Origin: an uncultured Eubacteriales bacterium
GTDB lineage: Bacteria; Bacillota; Clostridia; Oscillospirales; Acutalibacteraceae
NCBI GenBank assembly: GCA_964557975.1
Contig: CAZLCG010000003.1
Span: forward strand, 2,239-66,238
Direction: 5' to 3'
Length of the DNA stretch: 64,000 bases
Part shown: positions 55,262 through 64,000 of the stretch, one piece after another
How the letters are laid out: each line of letters opens with the position of its first letter
Position numbering within the stretch: position 1 is the stretch's first letter
Program-made: the position numbers and the translations under genes
Notes under the pieces: generated by a model
What the model saw: the letters and a program-made list of their open reading frames with translations, nothing else
Database searches by the model: none
Told to the model about the DNA's origin: nothing

Positions 55262-56671
55262 TTATTTGTCAGCCTTTTCTTTGTCAGAGTCGGAGTTAGG
55301 CTCAAGAGAGGTGAAAAATTCAAATTCCTCGCCCTTTTTAAACGCCTCCGTGCTGTCGGAAGCCTTGAAAAATACCGTAAGCGTGCGAAACATAAGCTTT
55401 ATATCGAGCCATATGCTGTATTTTTCAATATACATTAAATCCATAACGAGCTTGTCCTTGGGCGAGGTGTTATATTTGCCCGCAATCTGCGCATAGCCCG
55501 TCAGCCCAGCCTTTACGCGGAGTCTGTAGCTGAACTCGGGCAATTTATCGGTATATTCGTCGGCGTTTTCCACCATTTCGGGGCGCGGACCGACAACGCT
55601 CATTTCGCCTTTAAAGATATTGATAAGCTGCGGAAGCTCGTCAATTCTGAATTTTCTCAAAATTTTGCCGACCCTTGTTATTCTGTCGTCATCGCTCGTA
55701 ACGGATTTATTTATAGCGTTTTCCTCTTTCATGGTGCGGAATTTATAAACATAAAATATTCTGCCGCCGAGCGTAGCTCTCTTTTGCTTAAAAAAGACCT
55801 TGCCCGAGTCCTCCGCCTTAATTAAAGCAGCGCACAAAAGCATAATCGGGCTTAAAACGACAATGCCCAGTGTTGAAATAAGAAGATCCATAAAGCGCTT
55901 AAAAACCTTTTGCTCAAAGGTAAGACTTTTTACCTGCGAAGCAAAAAAAGGCTTATCGTCAAGAATTGAGGAATGACCGCGCAGGGCAACAATATCGCAC
56001 ATTTCAAAATTGTAGTAAACATTCTTATTGTTAGCGTAGCAGTATTCAATAAGTGTGGTTCTTGACGGAACGGGAACGTCGTAAACAAAGACCGTATCGC
56101 ACCTGTTGATAATATCAAGCACATCGGGCGATGTAAAAAGAACCGTGTCGGTTATCTCATACTGCTTACTATATTTCTTTATTTTAGGCATTACATTATT
56201 TAGCGCGTATTTTGAAGTCGTTATTATACAGCATTTTTCAGGAGAATTTATTGTAAAATAAACATAATTGCCAAAATAGGAAAATGCAACGATTATAATA
56301 AACTGAAGCACAAAAACAAGCGCTAAGAGATCCAAATTTTCAAGCTTAAACGTCTGGTTGTTAGCGTCGTTGGTGTTCATTATGCAAAGCATAATATAAG
56401 TTATAATATCTGTAAAAAAAACAGAAAGGGACATTGAGCTGATTATCGGCTTGCTTTTATAAATACCTATTCCGTAACCGCCGTATATTGACATTGAGGC
56501 AATACCCATAACAGCAAACGTCAGCATGGTTACAGCGGCGGTTCTTGAAAGATGCAAAAGCCATTCGTTTTCAATTCCGAAGGTAAGAAAAAAAATCGCA
56601 AACAAAATTACAAATAAAGTTAATTTCAAGAGCATAACTACCGTACTCTTAAACCTTTTTAAAGCTTTCAT
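55262..56671 (-). CDS. Polyprenyl-phosphate glycosyl-phosphotransferase (bacterial sugar transferase, WbaP/EpsL-like)
   Basis: N-terminal TMs. C-terminus DELPQLINIFKGEMSVVGPRPE...KAGLTGYAQI. Confidence 0.85.
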   Translation of the reverse strand: MKALKRFKSTVVMLLKLTLFVILFAIFFLTFGIENEWLLHLSRTAAVTMLTFAVMGIASMSIYGGYGIGIYKSKPIISSMSLSVFFTDIITYIMLCIMNTNDANNQTFKLENLDLLALVFVLQFIIIVAFSYFGNYVYFTINSPEKCCIITTSKYALNNVMPKIKKYSKQYEITDTVLFTSPDVLDIINRCDTVFVYDVPVPSRTTLIEYCYANNKNVYYNFEMCDIVALRGHSSILDDKPFFASQVKSLTFEQKVFKRFMDLLISTLGIVVLSPIMLLCAALIKAEDSGKVFFKQKRATLGGRIFYVYKFRTMKEENAINKSVTSDDDRITRVGKILRKFRIDELPQLINIFKGEMSVVGPRPEMVENADEYTDKLPEFSYRLRVKAGLTGYAQIAGKYNTSPKDKLVMDLMYIEKYSIWLDIKLMFRTLTVFFKASDSTEAFKKGEEFEFFTSLEPNSDSDKEKADK

Positions 56672-57018
56672 AAAGACCTCCGTAAAAGGCTTTTAATTTA
56701 AACGCCCCCTGCCCTGCTTGCAGGGAGCGGTGTCTGCGGCAAAATGCAGCCCGCGCTCGGTTTACAGAAAAAAATAAATACAGCTCACTTAAAAATCGTT
56801 TTAAATAATATAACCCTTTTTTCCAAAAATGTCAATAAAACGCGCGCAGTCATTCCGCAATTGCAAATTATGAACGAAAAAAGCGAGAAAAACAATATTA
56901 TTTGTAAAAGTGTTGATTTTCTTAAATAAAAAACATAATGATTTAATTTTATATTGAATTTTACAATTATTTTAGTATAATATCAGGTAGTAAATCTTGT
57001 GTGACTTTCGGAGGGAAT

Positions 57019-58377
57019 ATGGATATTGTTATTGTAGGCGCGGGAAAGCTCGGAACGGGGCTTGCCAAAAGGCTGTCCGAAGAAGAACATAACGTAACCA
57101 TTGTTGAAATAGATTCAAGACGTACGGAGCGTCTTGTTGAAAAGCTTGACGTTCAGGGCGTCTGCGGAAGCGGAACTCATATCGAAGCGCTTAACGAAGC
57201 TGGCGTTCCCGACGCGGATCTGCTTATATCCGCCACCTCGTCCGACGAAAACAACATCCTCACCTGCCTTATTGCAAAAAAGCTCGGCGTAAAGCACACT
57301 ATCGCAAGGGTTCGCAATCCCGAATACAATGTGCAGTTCGACTTTATGCGCGATCAGCTCGGAATTTCAATGATGGTTAATCCCGACTTTGCGGCGGCGC
57401 TTGAAATCGGGCGTATTTTACAGTTCCCGTACGCCGTGGGCATTGAGTCGTTTGCAAACGGTTTTATTGACATTGTTGAATTTAAGGTATCCGAAGCCTC
57501 TCCGCTCGCCGGTAACGAAATAAGCGGCATTCTTTCAAGCCACAAAATAAAAATGCTTATCTGCGCGGTTGAACGCGGAGACGACGTATTTATCCCCAAC
57601 GGCGATTTCGTTTTGAAGCCTGACGACAAGGTTTACGTTACAGGCGAACACAAGGCGCTTTTCGGTATCGCAAAGGTCCTTGTCGGTACAAAAATACGTC
57701 CTCTTAAAAATATAATGATTATCGGTGCTTCGAGAGCGACCACCTATCTTTCGCAGATTTTGACGGATATGGGAAAAAACGTTATCGTGGTCGAAAAGAA
57801 CCGTGACGAATGTAAAGCGCTTTTAAGTATGGTACAAGGTATAACCGTAATCAACGGCGACGCAAACGATCACGATTTGCTCATTGAAAACAATATTGAA
57901 AACATGGACGCTGTTGTGACGCTTACAAACACCGACGAGATTAACTTTCTTGTTTCGCTTTACGCTAAGAAAATCGGCGTCGAGAAAACGATTACAAAAA
58001 TAAATAACCTTGACTTTCAAAAAATGCTTGACGATTTAGGCCTTGATTCAAGGGTTAACGTCAGCGAAATTACGGTTGATATGATAACTCAGTATGTCAG
58101 GGCGAAAAAGGACGCGAACTCGTCTTATATGAAAACGCTTTACAAGCTTGTTGACGGTAAGGTTGAAGCAATAGAGTTTGTCGCCGGTGAAAAAACCCGT
58201 TTCCTTAATAAGCCCCTTTCTCAGATTAAATTTAAAAAGAACGTTCTTATAGCGGCGATAAAAAGAAACAACACGACCCTGTTCCCGTCGGGCGGCGACT
58301 CGATACTCGCGGGCGATACGGTCATCGTTGTTTCAAAGGACAGAATAATCGAAAGCCTTAACGATATTATTCAGTAG
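57019..58377 (+). CDS. trkA: Trk potassium uptake NAD-binding subunit
   Basis: Two RCK units, MDIVIVGAGKLG and IMIIGASRAT. 453 aa from ATG 57019, with GGAGGG upstream. Confidence 0.9.
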   Translation: MDIVIVGAGKLGTGLAKRLSEEEHNVTIVEIDSRRTERLVEKLDVQGVCGSGTHIEALNEAGVPDADLLISATSSDENNILTCLIAKKLGVKHTIARVRNPEYNVQFDFMRDQLGISMMVNPDFAAALEIGRILQFPYAVGIESFANGFIDIVEFKVSEASPLAGNEISGILSSHKIKMLICAVERGDDVFIPNGDFVLKPDDKVYVTGEHKALFGIAKVLVGTKIRPLKNIMIIGASRATTYLSQILTDMGKNVIVVEKNRDECKALLSMVQGITVINGDANDHDLLIENNIENMDAVVTLTNTDEINFLVSLYAKKIGVEKTITKINNLDFQKMLDDLGLDSRVNVSEITVDMITQYVRAKKDANSSYMKTLYKLVDGKVEAIEFVAGEKTRFLNKPLSQIKFKKNVLIAAIKRNNTTLFPSGGDSILAGDTVIVVSKDRIIESLNDIIQ

Positions 58378-58393
58378 GAGTTAAGCGGTCATT

Positions 58394-59872
58394 ATGAATT
58401 ATAAAGCGGTCTTATATTATCTCGGCAAAATGTTCTTAATTCTCGGTATTTTGATGTTTCTTCCTCTGTTTGTCTGCGTTTACTACAAATTTCATTCAAA
58501 TCCCGAGACAAGCTGCCTGTCTTTTTTAATACCCATAATCGTATTGATGATTTTGGGCACGTCGTTCTCATTTGTCAAGCCCAAAAACGTAAACATTTTC
58601 GCAAGAGAGGGCTTTGTTATCTGCGGGCTTGCGTGGGTGCTTTTTTCCGTATTCGGCTCGCTTCCTTTTATTATAAGCGGTTCTATTCCCGATTTTATCG
58701 ACGCGTTCTTTGAAACGGCTTCGGGCTTTACGACAACGGGCGCTTCCGTTCTAACCGAAATCGAATCCCTGCCGAAATCCATTCTTTTTTGGAGAAGCTT
58801 TACGCACTGGATAGGCGGTATGGGCATACTCTCGTTTATGATTGCAATTTTACCCCGCGCAAAAGGCAACGCTATGTTCATAATGCGCGCCGAGGTTCCC
58901 GGTCCTACAACGGGCAAGGTCGTTTCCAAAATAGCGGACAGCGCGAGAATCCTTTATGTAATCTATTTTATAATGACGCTTGCCGAAATTTTTATACTTT
59001 TCTTCGGCACAAAACTCACAGGCGGCAATATGCGCTTTTACGACTGTGTTGTAAATTCCTTTGCAACAGCCGGCACGGGCGGATTTTCCGTGCTTAACAA
59101 CTCAATAGCAGGTTATAACAGCAGCTTCGCGGAAATTGTAATTACAGTATTTATGTTCCTTTTCGGCGTTAATTTTAACCTGTATTTCTTTGTCATTATG
59201 AGAAAGTTCGGTTCCGTATTCAAGGATGAGGAGCTGAAAGGTTATATTATAATAAACCTTACGAGTGTAGTTTTAATTATTATTAACATACTCCCTTTGT
59301 ATAGAAATGTTTTCGACGCTGTTAAGGACGCGTTTTTCAGCGTAAACAGCGTTATGAGCACAACGGGCTTTTGTACGGCGGACTTTAACACATGGCCGAC
59401 ATTCTCAAAGTGCGTGCTTTTAATTCTTATGTGCATAGGCTGTTCCGCGGGGTCTACGGGCGGCGGACTTAAAATTATAAGACTTGAGCTTTTGGCGAAG
59501 CAAATCACAAGGGATTTTAAACAGCTTTTGCGCCCTCACTCCGTTGTAAGCGTCAGAATCAACAACAAGACGGTTGACGGGCATATACTTAAAGGAGTCA
59601 ACTCCTATCTTAACGCGTATATTTTAACGATGGTTGTGTCCTTTCTGCTTTTGGCAATTGACAACTTTGACATAGTAACCTCTTTTTCTGCGGTTATCGC
59701 CTGCTTTAATAACATTGGTCCGGGGCTTGAACTGGTAGGTCCCGTCGGGAATTATTCCCGGTTTTCGGCATTCTCTAAGCTTGTCCTTATATTTGATATG
59801 CTCGCGGGCAGGCTTGAGCTTTTCCCGATGCTTTTGCTTGCAAGCAGAAGCACTTGGCGCAAGGCAAAATAA
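58394..59872 (+). CDS. trkH: TrkH/KtrB-family potassium transporter membrane subunit
   Basis: Polytopic, with repeated selectivity-type motifs (TTTGAS, TAGTGGFS, STTGF, STGGGLK). Confidence 0.9.
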   Translation: MNYKAVLYYLGKMFLILGILMFLPLFVCVYYKFHSNPETSCLSFLIPIIVLMILGTSFSFVKPKNVNIFAREGFVICGLAWVLFSVFGSLPFIISGSIPDFIDAFFETASGFTTTGASVLTEIESLPKSILFWRSFTHWIGGMGILSFMIAILPRAKGNAMFIMRAEVPGPTTGKVVSKIADSARILYVIYFIMTLAEIFILFFGTKLTGGNMRFYDCVVNSFATAGTGGFSVLNNSIAGYNSSFAEIVITVFMFLFGVNFNLYFFVIMRKFGSVFKDEELKGYIIINLTSVVLIIINILPLYRNVFDAVKDAFFSVNSVMSTTGFCTADFNTWPTFSKCVLLILMCIGCSAGSTGGGLKIIRLELLAKQITRDFKQLLRPHSVVSVRINNKTVDGHILKGVNSYLNAYILTMVVSFLLLAIDNFDIVTSFSAVIACFNNIGPGLELVGPVGNYSRFSAFSKLVLIFDMLAGRLELFPMLLLASRSTWRKAK

Positions 59873-59879
59873 AAAAGTG

Positions 59880-59908
59880 TTGACAAACAAGCCTTTAAGT
59901 GTTATTAT
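59880..59908 (+). promoter_or_regulatory. Near-consensus sigma-A promoter: TTGACA, 17 nt, TGtTATTAT
   Basis: Read directly, immediately after the trkH stop. Confidence 0.6.
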
Positions 59909-59930
59909 CGACAAAACGAGGTACAACAAT

Positions 59931-60020
59931 ATGCTTAATTTATCAAGAAAAATGAACAGAGCCGATATGTCCGTGCGCGATTACCGTATGGATTTTTTAC
60001 GCTGTGTTCATCTTTGGTAA
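59931..60020 (+). CDS. Candidate 29-aa leader/small ORF (MLNLSRKMNRADMSVRDYRMDFLRCVHLW)
   Basis: GAGG lies 10 nt upstream of the ATG. The ORF sits between a strong promoter and a strong terminator. Confidence 0.3.
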   Translation: MLNLSRKMNRADMSVRDYRMDFLRCVHLW

Positions 60021-60047
60021 ATATAAGATATTATATTTTAACCCTTA

Positions 60048-60085
60048 ACCGCTGATGAACCTTCATCGGCGGTATTTTTTATTTT
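60048..60085 (+). terminator. Strong hairpin + U-run between the leader ORF and the kinase-GNAT-S51 operon (terminator/attenuator)
   Basis: ACCGCTGATGAA-CC-TTCATCGGCGGT followed by ATTTTTTATTTTT. Confidence 0.7.
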
Positions 60086-60100
60086 TGGGAGGAAAAAGAA

Positions 60101-60652
60101 ATGAAATTCGTATTATTGTTCGGCAACGCGGCAGTCGGTAAAATGACAGTGGGTCAAGAGCTTACAAAAATTACCGACTTACGGTTATTTCATAACCATA
60201 TGAGCATTGAACCGATTCTTGAAATATTCGGTAAATTTAACGGGGAAGCAATCAGACGGTTCAGAGAGCTTGTGTTTGAGGAATTTGCCAAAAGCGACGG
60301 CTACGGTCTTATTTTTACATATATGTGGGCTTTCGACTGCAAAGAAGATTGGGAATATGTCGAGCATATAAAAGGTATATTTGAGCCGTATAACACAGAT
60401 TTTTACTATGTTGAGCTTGTCGCGCCGCAGGAGATACGGCTGAGACGTAACGTTACCGAAAACAGGCTTAAAAACAAGCCGTCCAAAAGAGATATTAAAT
60501 GGTCAAACGCCCGTTTGATTGCCGATGACAAAAGCCACAGGATTGTAAGTAATGACGGCGAAATACCTTATGACAACTACATAAAGATTGACAATTCAAG
60601 CCTTTCGGCAGAAGAAACAGCAAAAATAATTAAGGATAGGTTTAACCTATAA
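60101..60652 (+). CDS. P-loop NTPase / small-molecule kinase-like protein
   Basis: LLFGNAAVGKMTVGQEL (Walker A). 183 aa. Confidence 0.55.
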   Translation: MKFVLLFGNAAVGKMTVGQELTKITDLRLFHNHMSIEPILEIFGKFNGEAIRRFRELVFEEFAKSDGYGLIFTYMWAFDCKEDWEYVEHIKGIFEPYNTDFYYVELVAPQEIRLRRNVTENRLKNKPSKRDIKWSNARLIADDKSHRIVSNDGEIPYDNYIKIDNSSLSAEETAKIIKDRFNL

Positions 60653-60670
60653 GTAAAGGATTGATACTAA

Positions 60671-61114
60671 ATGGACTGTGTAATCGAGAAATTAAATATT
60701 GGAAATTACAGCAAAAGCAACAAGGTATGGAATATGAAAAGCTGTCCGTTCACAGACAAATTCAACGAACAGGTTGCAAACGGCAGCCGTGACGCATATT
60801 TAATGAAAAAGGATGATAAATACATTGCAAGCTGTGATTTGGTATATGATTACGGCGAATACACCGAAAAGAATGTAAAGGTTTATTTATCAAGGCTTAT
60901 TGTGAAAAAGGAATACCGAAACATCGGCATAGGTCAGGAATTATTAAAATATATGATTGGTTTGTGCAGGGAAAAAGGCTACAGGCAAATAACGGTCGGC
61001 GTTGATACCGATAACCTTAATGCCGTTCATATTTATAAAAAATTCGGCTTTGCTGTATATGAAACCGATACGGATGAATACGGCGAATACTATAAAATGA
61101 TAAAGGAGTTATAA
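60671..61114 (+). CDS. GNAT-family N-acetyltransferase
   Basis: LIVKKEYRNIGIGQELLKYM (motif A: R/Q-x-x-G-x-G/A). Confidence 0.8.
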   Translation: MDCVIEKLNIGNYSKSNKVWNMKSCPFTDKFNEQVANGSRDAYLMKKDDKYIASCDLVYDYGEYTEKNVKVYLSRLIVKKEYRNIGIGQELLKYMIGLCREKGYRQITVGVDTDNLNAVHIYKKFGFAVYETDTDEYGEYYKMIKEL

Positions 61115-61116
61115 AA

Positions 61117-61863
61117 ATGGGAAAGATAGTTGCAATCGGCGGCGGAGAAAACGGACACGGAAAAACAAAATACGAAACAGCGCCCTTTGACAAGGAAATA
61201 ATCAGTTTAACGGGCAAAGACAGCCCGAATTTTTTGTTCATCGGTTTGGCTAATGCCTATCCCGATTACTATTTTGAGGTAATGGACGGCATATACAACG
61301 GTATGTACGGCTGTAAAACCGATTACCTGCGATACGGTGAAATCAAAAATAAAGACTTAACAAGCCGCAAAATAAAAAACGCCGATATTATCTATGTCGG
61401 CGGCGGTAATACATATAAGCTTATGAGATTGTTAAAAATGTACGGGATCGATAAAATGCTTATAGAAGCATATAACGAAGATAAGGTGCTGTGCGGGGTC
61501 AGCGCAGGCGGAATCTGCTGGTGCGACTTCGGCAATTCCGACTCACGGGCAATATCATCAAATGGGAGTCAGATTATACGGGTGTCGGGTCTTGGGTTTA
61601 TTAACGTTTTATTTGCCCCTCATATGATTACAGAACCCGAAAGAGTTGAGTCTGTAAAACAAATGATGAAACGAACTTATAAAATTCCCGCCGTTCAGCT
61701 TGATAACGCCGCGCTCGAAATTGTTGAAGATAAATACAGAATACTTGCTCTTAAAGATAACGCGGTTGCTGAAAAGTGCTATTGGAAAAACGGAAAATAT
61801 ATTGTCGAAAACATAATGAGCAATAAATTCGGAAGCATAGAAGAGCTGTATGACAGAAAATAA
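61117..61863 (+). CDS. Peptidase S51 (dipeptidase E-like) / class I glutamine amidotransferase-like protein
   Basis: IYVGGGNTYKLMRLLK and GVSAGGICW (nucleophile-Ser context). Confidence 0.7.
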   Translation: MGKIVAIGGGENGHGKTKYETAPFDKEIISLTGKDSPNFLFIGLANAYPDYYFEVMDGIYNGMYGCKTDYLRYGEIKNKDLTSRKIKNADIIYVGGGNTYKLMRLLKMYGIDKMLIEAYNEDKVLCGVSAGGICWCDFGNSDSRAISSNGSQIIRVSGLGFINVLFAPHMITEPERVESVKQMMKRTYKIPAVQLDNAALEIVEDKYRILALKDNAVAEKCYWKNGKYIVENIMSNKFGSIEELYDRK

Positions 61864-62016
61864 ACAATAATATCATTTTATCTGTGCTTATAATAACGTC
61901 TTAAAAATCTCTCAGCCGCTTTGCGGCAGATTACAGCCGTCGCAGGCAGAAGCTCCGACATAAGCCGTCGAACGAGACAAACGCGCATAGGCACATTGTG
62001 TCGGGCTCCCCTCGCC

Positions 62017-63324
62017 TTAATCCGAATTAGCCAATATAATCTTTGTTACATATTGACCGTTTTGGGCGTTAAAGACGGACTTTCCGTTGTACTTCTTTAC
62101 TATATCCTTAATAATGCTCTTGCCGTTTCCTCTGTTTGTTTGTCTTTTTTTTATTTCCGACGAATCGTATTGGTTTTCCGTCATAACAGTTACCGTATCG
62201 ATGTCTGACAAAACCGAAAATTCAATCGTTTTTACTTCAGCATTTTTGACTCCTTCAATAGCATTATCAATCAAATTGCCTACAACTCGGCAAATATCGT
62301 AAATATCTGTTTTAATGGGAGCAATTTCCGAAATATCAATTTTCAGAGCAGCGCCGTTTTTTTCAGCTTGCTCTTTTTTTATGGACAGCAGAGCGTTAAG
62401 CGTAGAGTTTGAAGAAAGCATTATTCCGTCGACGGAAGAAAAATCGTTGACGGTCTTATTTAACATCTCTGTGGCTTCTTCATATTCACCCAAAGAAATA
62501 AGCGATTTTACGGTCAGCAGAATATTGCAAAGATCGTGGCGTATTCTTCGCAGTTTGGTTTTACTCTTGTCCGCTAAGACCGCTTCTTGATAATCAAGCT
62601 TGTTTTTTATTATATCTTCCTCGTATTGCTTATTTAATATTTCAACCTGCTCGATCTTATCCAAAAATAAAAAAATCGCGAAATTCATAACGCAGGTAAA
62701 TATAATAAAACCGCCAATTATGTAAGTCATCCAAGTCATATCGGTAAAGACCGGAAAGTAATAGGACAGAATAAAAATTATCAATATTGAAAACACCAAA
62801 TTAGATATAGGCGACCAAAGCAGAAGAATATATTTTTGCATGTTAATTTTTTTTAATTTTTTATTAAATATCTTTACAAGCGAGCTGAAAAAAAGCGCGC
62901 CTGTCGAAGATAACAGCGCAAGAATAATTAAAGAAAAGGAATAATCCTCATATACGCGTAATTGGCTGTAATAGGCATCATAATTGCTTCCCAAAACAGT
63001 CATTAGAGTAATTCCCCCTGCCACTGACATAAGCAACATCATCAACAGCGGACAAATCAGGCTTACCGTAAGTTTAAATCTGTTTTCTTTCTTTTCAAAA
63101 AAAATCATAACAGCGGCGGCGACAGGCACTGCTGCGACAATAAAAAAAGAAATGTCAAAAAACTTAACAAAATAACACAGCAAGAGCGCAAAGGAATCAA
63201 GCAAAGCTATTCTCAAATGGCGTTCGCGGTAAATTGACTTTGCCATTATATAGAAAAAAATAAAGCCTATCAAATTTAATATTATAAAATACAATGGGTT
63301 TTTTAATGAAATGACCTGCCACAT
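62017..63324 (-). CDS. AgrC/ComD-like (HPK10) membrane sensor histidine kinase
   Basis: 6-7 N-terminal TMs. RRIRHDLCN (H-box) and VVGNLIDNAIEG (N-box). Confidence 0.8.
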   Translation of the reverse strand: MWQVISLKNPLYFIILNLIGFIFFYIMAKSIYRERHLRIALLDSFALLLCYFVKFFDISFFIVAAVPVAAAVMIFFEKKENRFKLTVSLICPLLMMLLMSVAGGITLMTVLGSNYDAYYSQLRVYEDYSFSLIILALLSSTGALFFSSLVKIFNKKLKKINMQKYILLLWSPISNLVFSILIIFILSYYFPVFTDMTWMTYIIGGFIIFTCVMNFAIFLFLDKIEQVEILNKQYEEDIIKNKLDYQEAVLADKSKTKLRRIRHDLCNILLTVKSLISLGEYEEATEMLNKTVNDFSSVDGIMLSSNSTLNALLSIKKEQAEKNGAALKIDISEIAPIKTDIYDICRVVGNLIDNAIEGVKNAEVKTIEFSVLSDIDTVTVMTENQYDSSEIKKRQTNRGNGKSIIKDIVKKYNGKSVFNAQNGQYVTKIILANSD

Positions 63325-63351
63325 ATATGCTTCTCCTTTTCGACATTACAA

Positions 63352-64000
63352 TTATCCGATATATCTGTCGAATTTGTTTTTAAGCTCCGCATACTTTTTG
63401 GGATTTACAAAGATGCTTGTCCCGTTAATCATATCAAATTTATGCGGAGAGCATCTCGCAACACAGTCCATATTGACAATATAGCTTTTATGTATCCGCA
63501 GAAAGCAGTGCGGAAGCCGCTTATAAAATCCGCTGATTGTACCCCGCGTTTTTAAGGTTTTGTCTTTAAGGAATATCATCAGATAGTTGCCCAGAGATTC
63601 AATGTAAATAATATCCGCAGTCTTTATAATATAATCGACGCCGTCGGATCTAACATCAAGACGAACGGAAAAATCCGCGCGGCTTATAAGCTTTTCGAGA
63701 AGCTCCTTTAAATAATCCTTCTCGGTGCGTGATTTTACCATAAATAAAGCATTGTCGATTTTTGATATATTATAAGCTTCCTCGGGAAAGGACGTCATAA
63801 TAACAACCCTTTTCGGAGTATCAAGCTTGTTTCGCGTAAGAAAATCTATGGAGCTTTGTTCTCCAATCATTATATCCAAGAACAAAATATCAGGCTCATC
63901 GTTCTCAATTATTTTTTTCAGCTCGCCGAGTTCGTGAATCAGCAAAAAATCAGCCTCTAATTCCATCTCGCCGAGAACCTGCGCACATTGCTTTTGAAGA
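63352..64000 (-). CDS. LytTR-family response regulator (N-terminus runs off the window)
   Basis: C-terminus ...YIESLGNYLMIFL...FLRIHKSYIVNMD (LytTR). The frame stays open upstream of the listed ATG to position 64000. Confidence 0.8.
   Translation of the reverse strand, partial: LQKQCAQVLGEMELEADFLLIHELGELKKIIENDEPDILFLDIMIGEQSSIDFLTRNKLDTPKRVVIMTSFPEEAYNISKIDNALFMVKSRTEKDYLKELLEKLISRADFSVRLDVRSDGVDYIIKTADIIYIESLGNYLMIFLKDKTLKTRGTISGFYKRLPHCFLRIHKSYIVNMDCVARCSPHKFDMINGTSIFVNPKKYAELKNKFDRYIG

Noticed and set aside
56672-57018. A possible c-di-AMP (ydaO-type) or other riboswitch upstream of trkA.
   Set aside because: The leader after the best promoter candidate (TTGAAT...TATAAT near 56954-56982) is only about 35 nt, and no conserved riboswitch-like pseudoknot elements were recognisable.

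Overview
The window looks like a Clostridia-type Firmicutes chromosome, based on AdhE, a reverse rubrerythrin with a Fur/PerR regulator, a SipL-like LysM sporulation protein, FeoAB and Trk. It splits into two compositional parts.

(1) Positions 1 to about 22,000 are AT-rich (about 33% G+C by hand count, against about 45-50% to the right). All genes here lie on the minus strand in a tightly packed, often overlapping array. Reading in the direction of transcription (descending coordinates), the array is:
- FHA protein, PP2C phosphatase, Hanks Ser/Thr kinase, and two small membrane proteins.
- A 2,635-aa repeat-rich surface protein.
- PP2C, a Zn-ribbon/kinase/FHA fusion, PP2C, and a Zn-ribbon/FHA protein.
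- Two DUF4234-like membrane proteins, one with an FHA domain.
- A lipoprotein fusing a thermolysin-like M4 protease, a Big_2 domain and a vWA domain; this gene runs off the left edge.

The right end of this block is a tyrosine recombinase gene bracketed by 29-bp inverted repeats. A strong terminator sits at one end of the bracketed segment and an outward-facing promoter-like sequence at the other. I read this as a candidate invertible ON/OFF switch for the array, currently in the OFF orientation. This locus is my best candidate for an undescribed system: an envelope signalling or deployment module with the same domain quartet (STK/PP2C/FHA/vWA) as the T6SS threonine-phosphorylation pathway, but with no secretion machinery in view.

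(2) Positions 22,000 to 64,000 are mostly ordinary core genes:
- Surface and cell-wall proteins: a BspA-type LRR surface protein, a glucosaminidase autolysin, an Amidase_3 and a GHL10 protein.
- Metabolism: an APH-like kinase, adhE, a tannase-like lipoprotein, tcdA, dCMP deaminase and a sugar transferase.
- Transport: an amino-acid ABC transporter, feoAB, a GPH symporter and trkAH.
- An AraC regulator with a GH95-like hydrolase, and tRNA-Leu(UAA).
- A kinase/GNAT/S51 operon and an AgrC-like HK with a LytTR response regulator.

This part also contains a recurring 80-100 nt intergenic repeat family, a leader-ORF plus terminator unit, and several operator-like palindromes. No CRISPR array, rRNA or prophage structural genes were seen.
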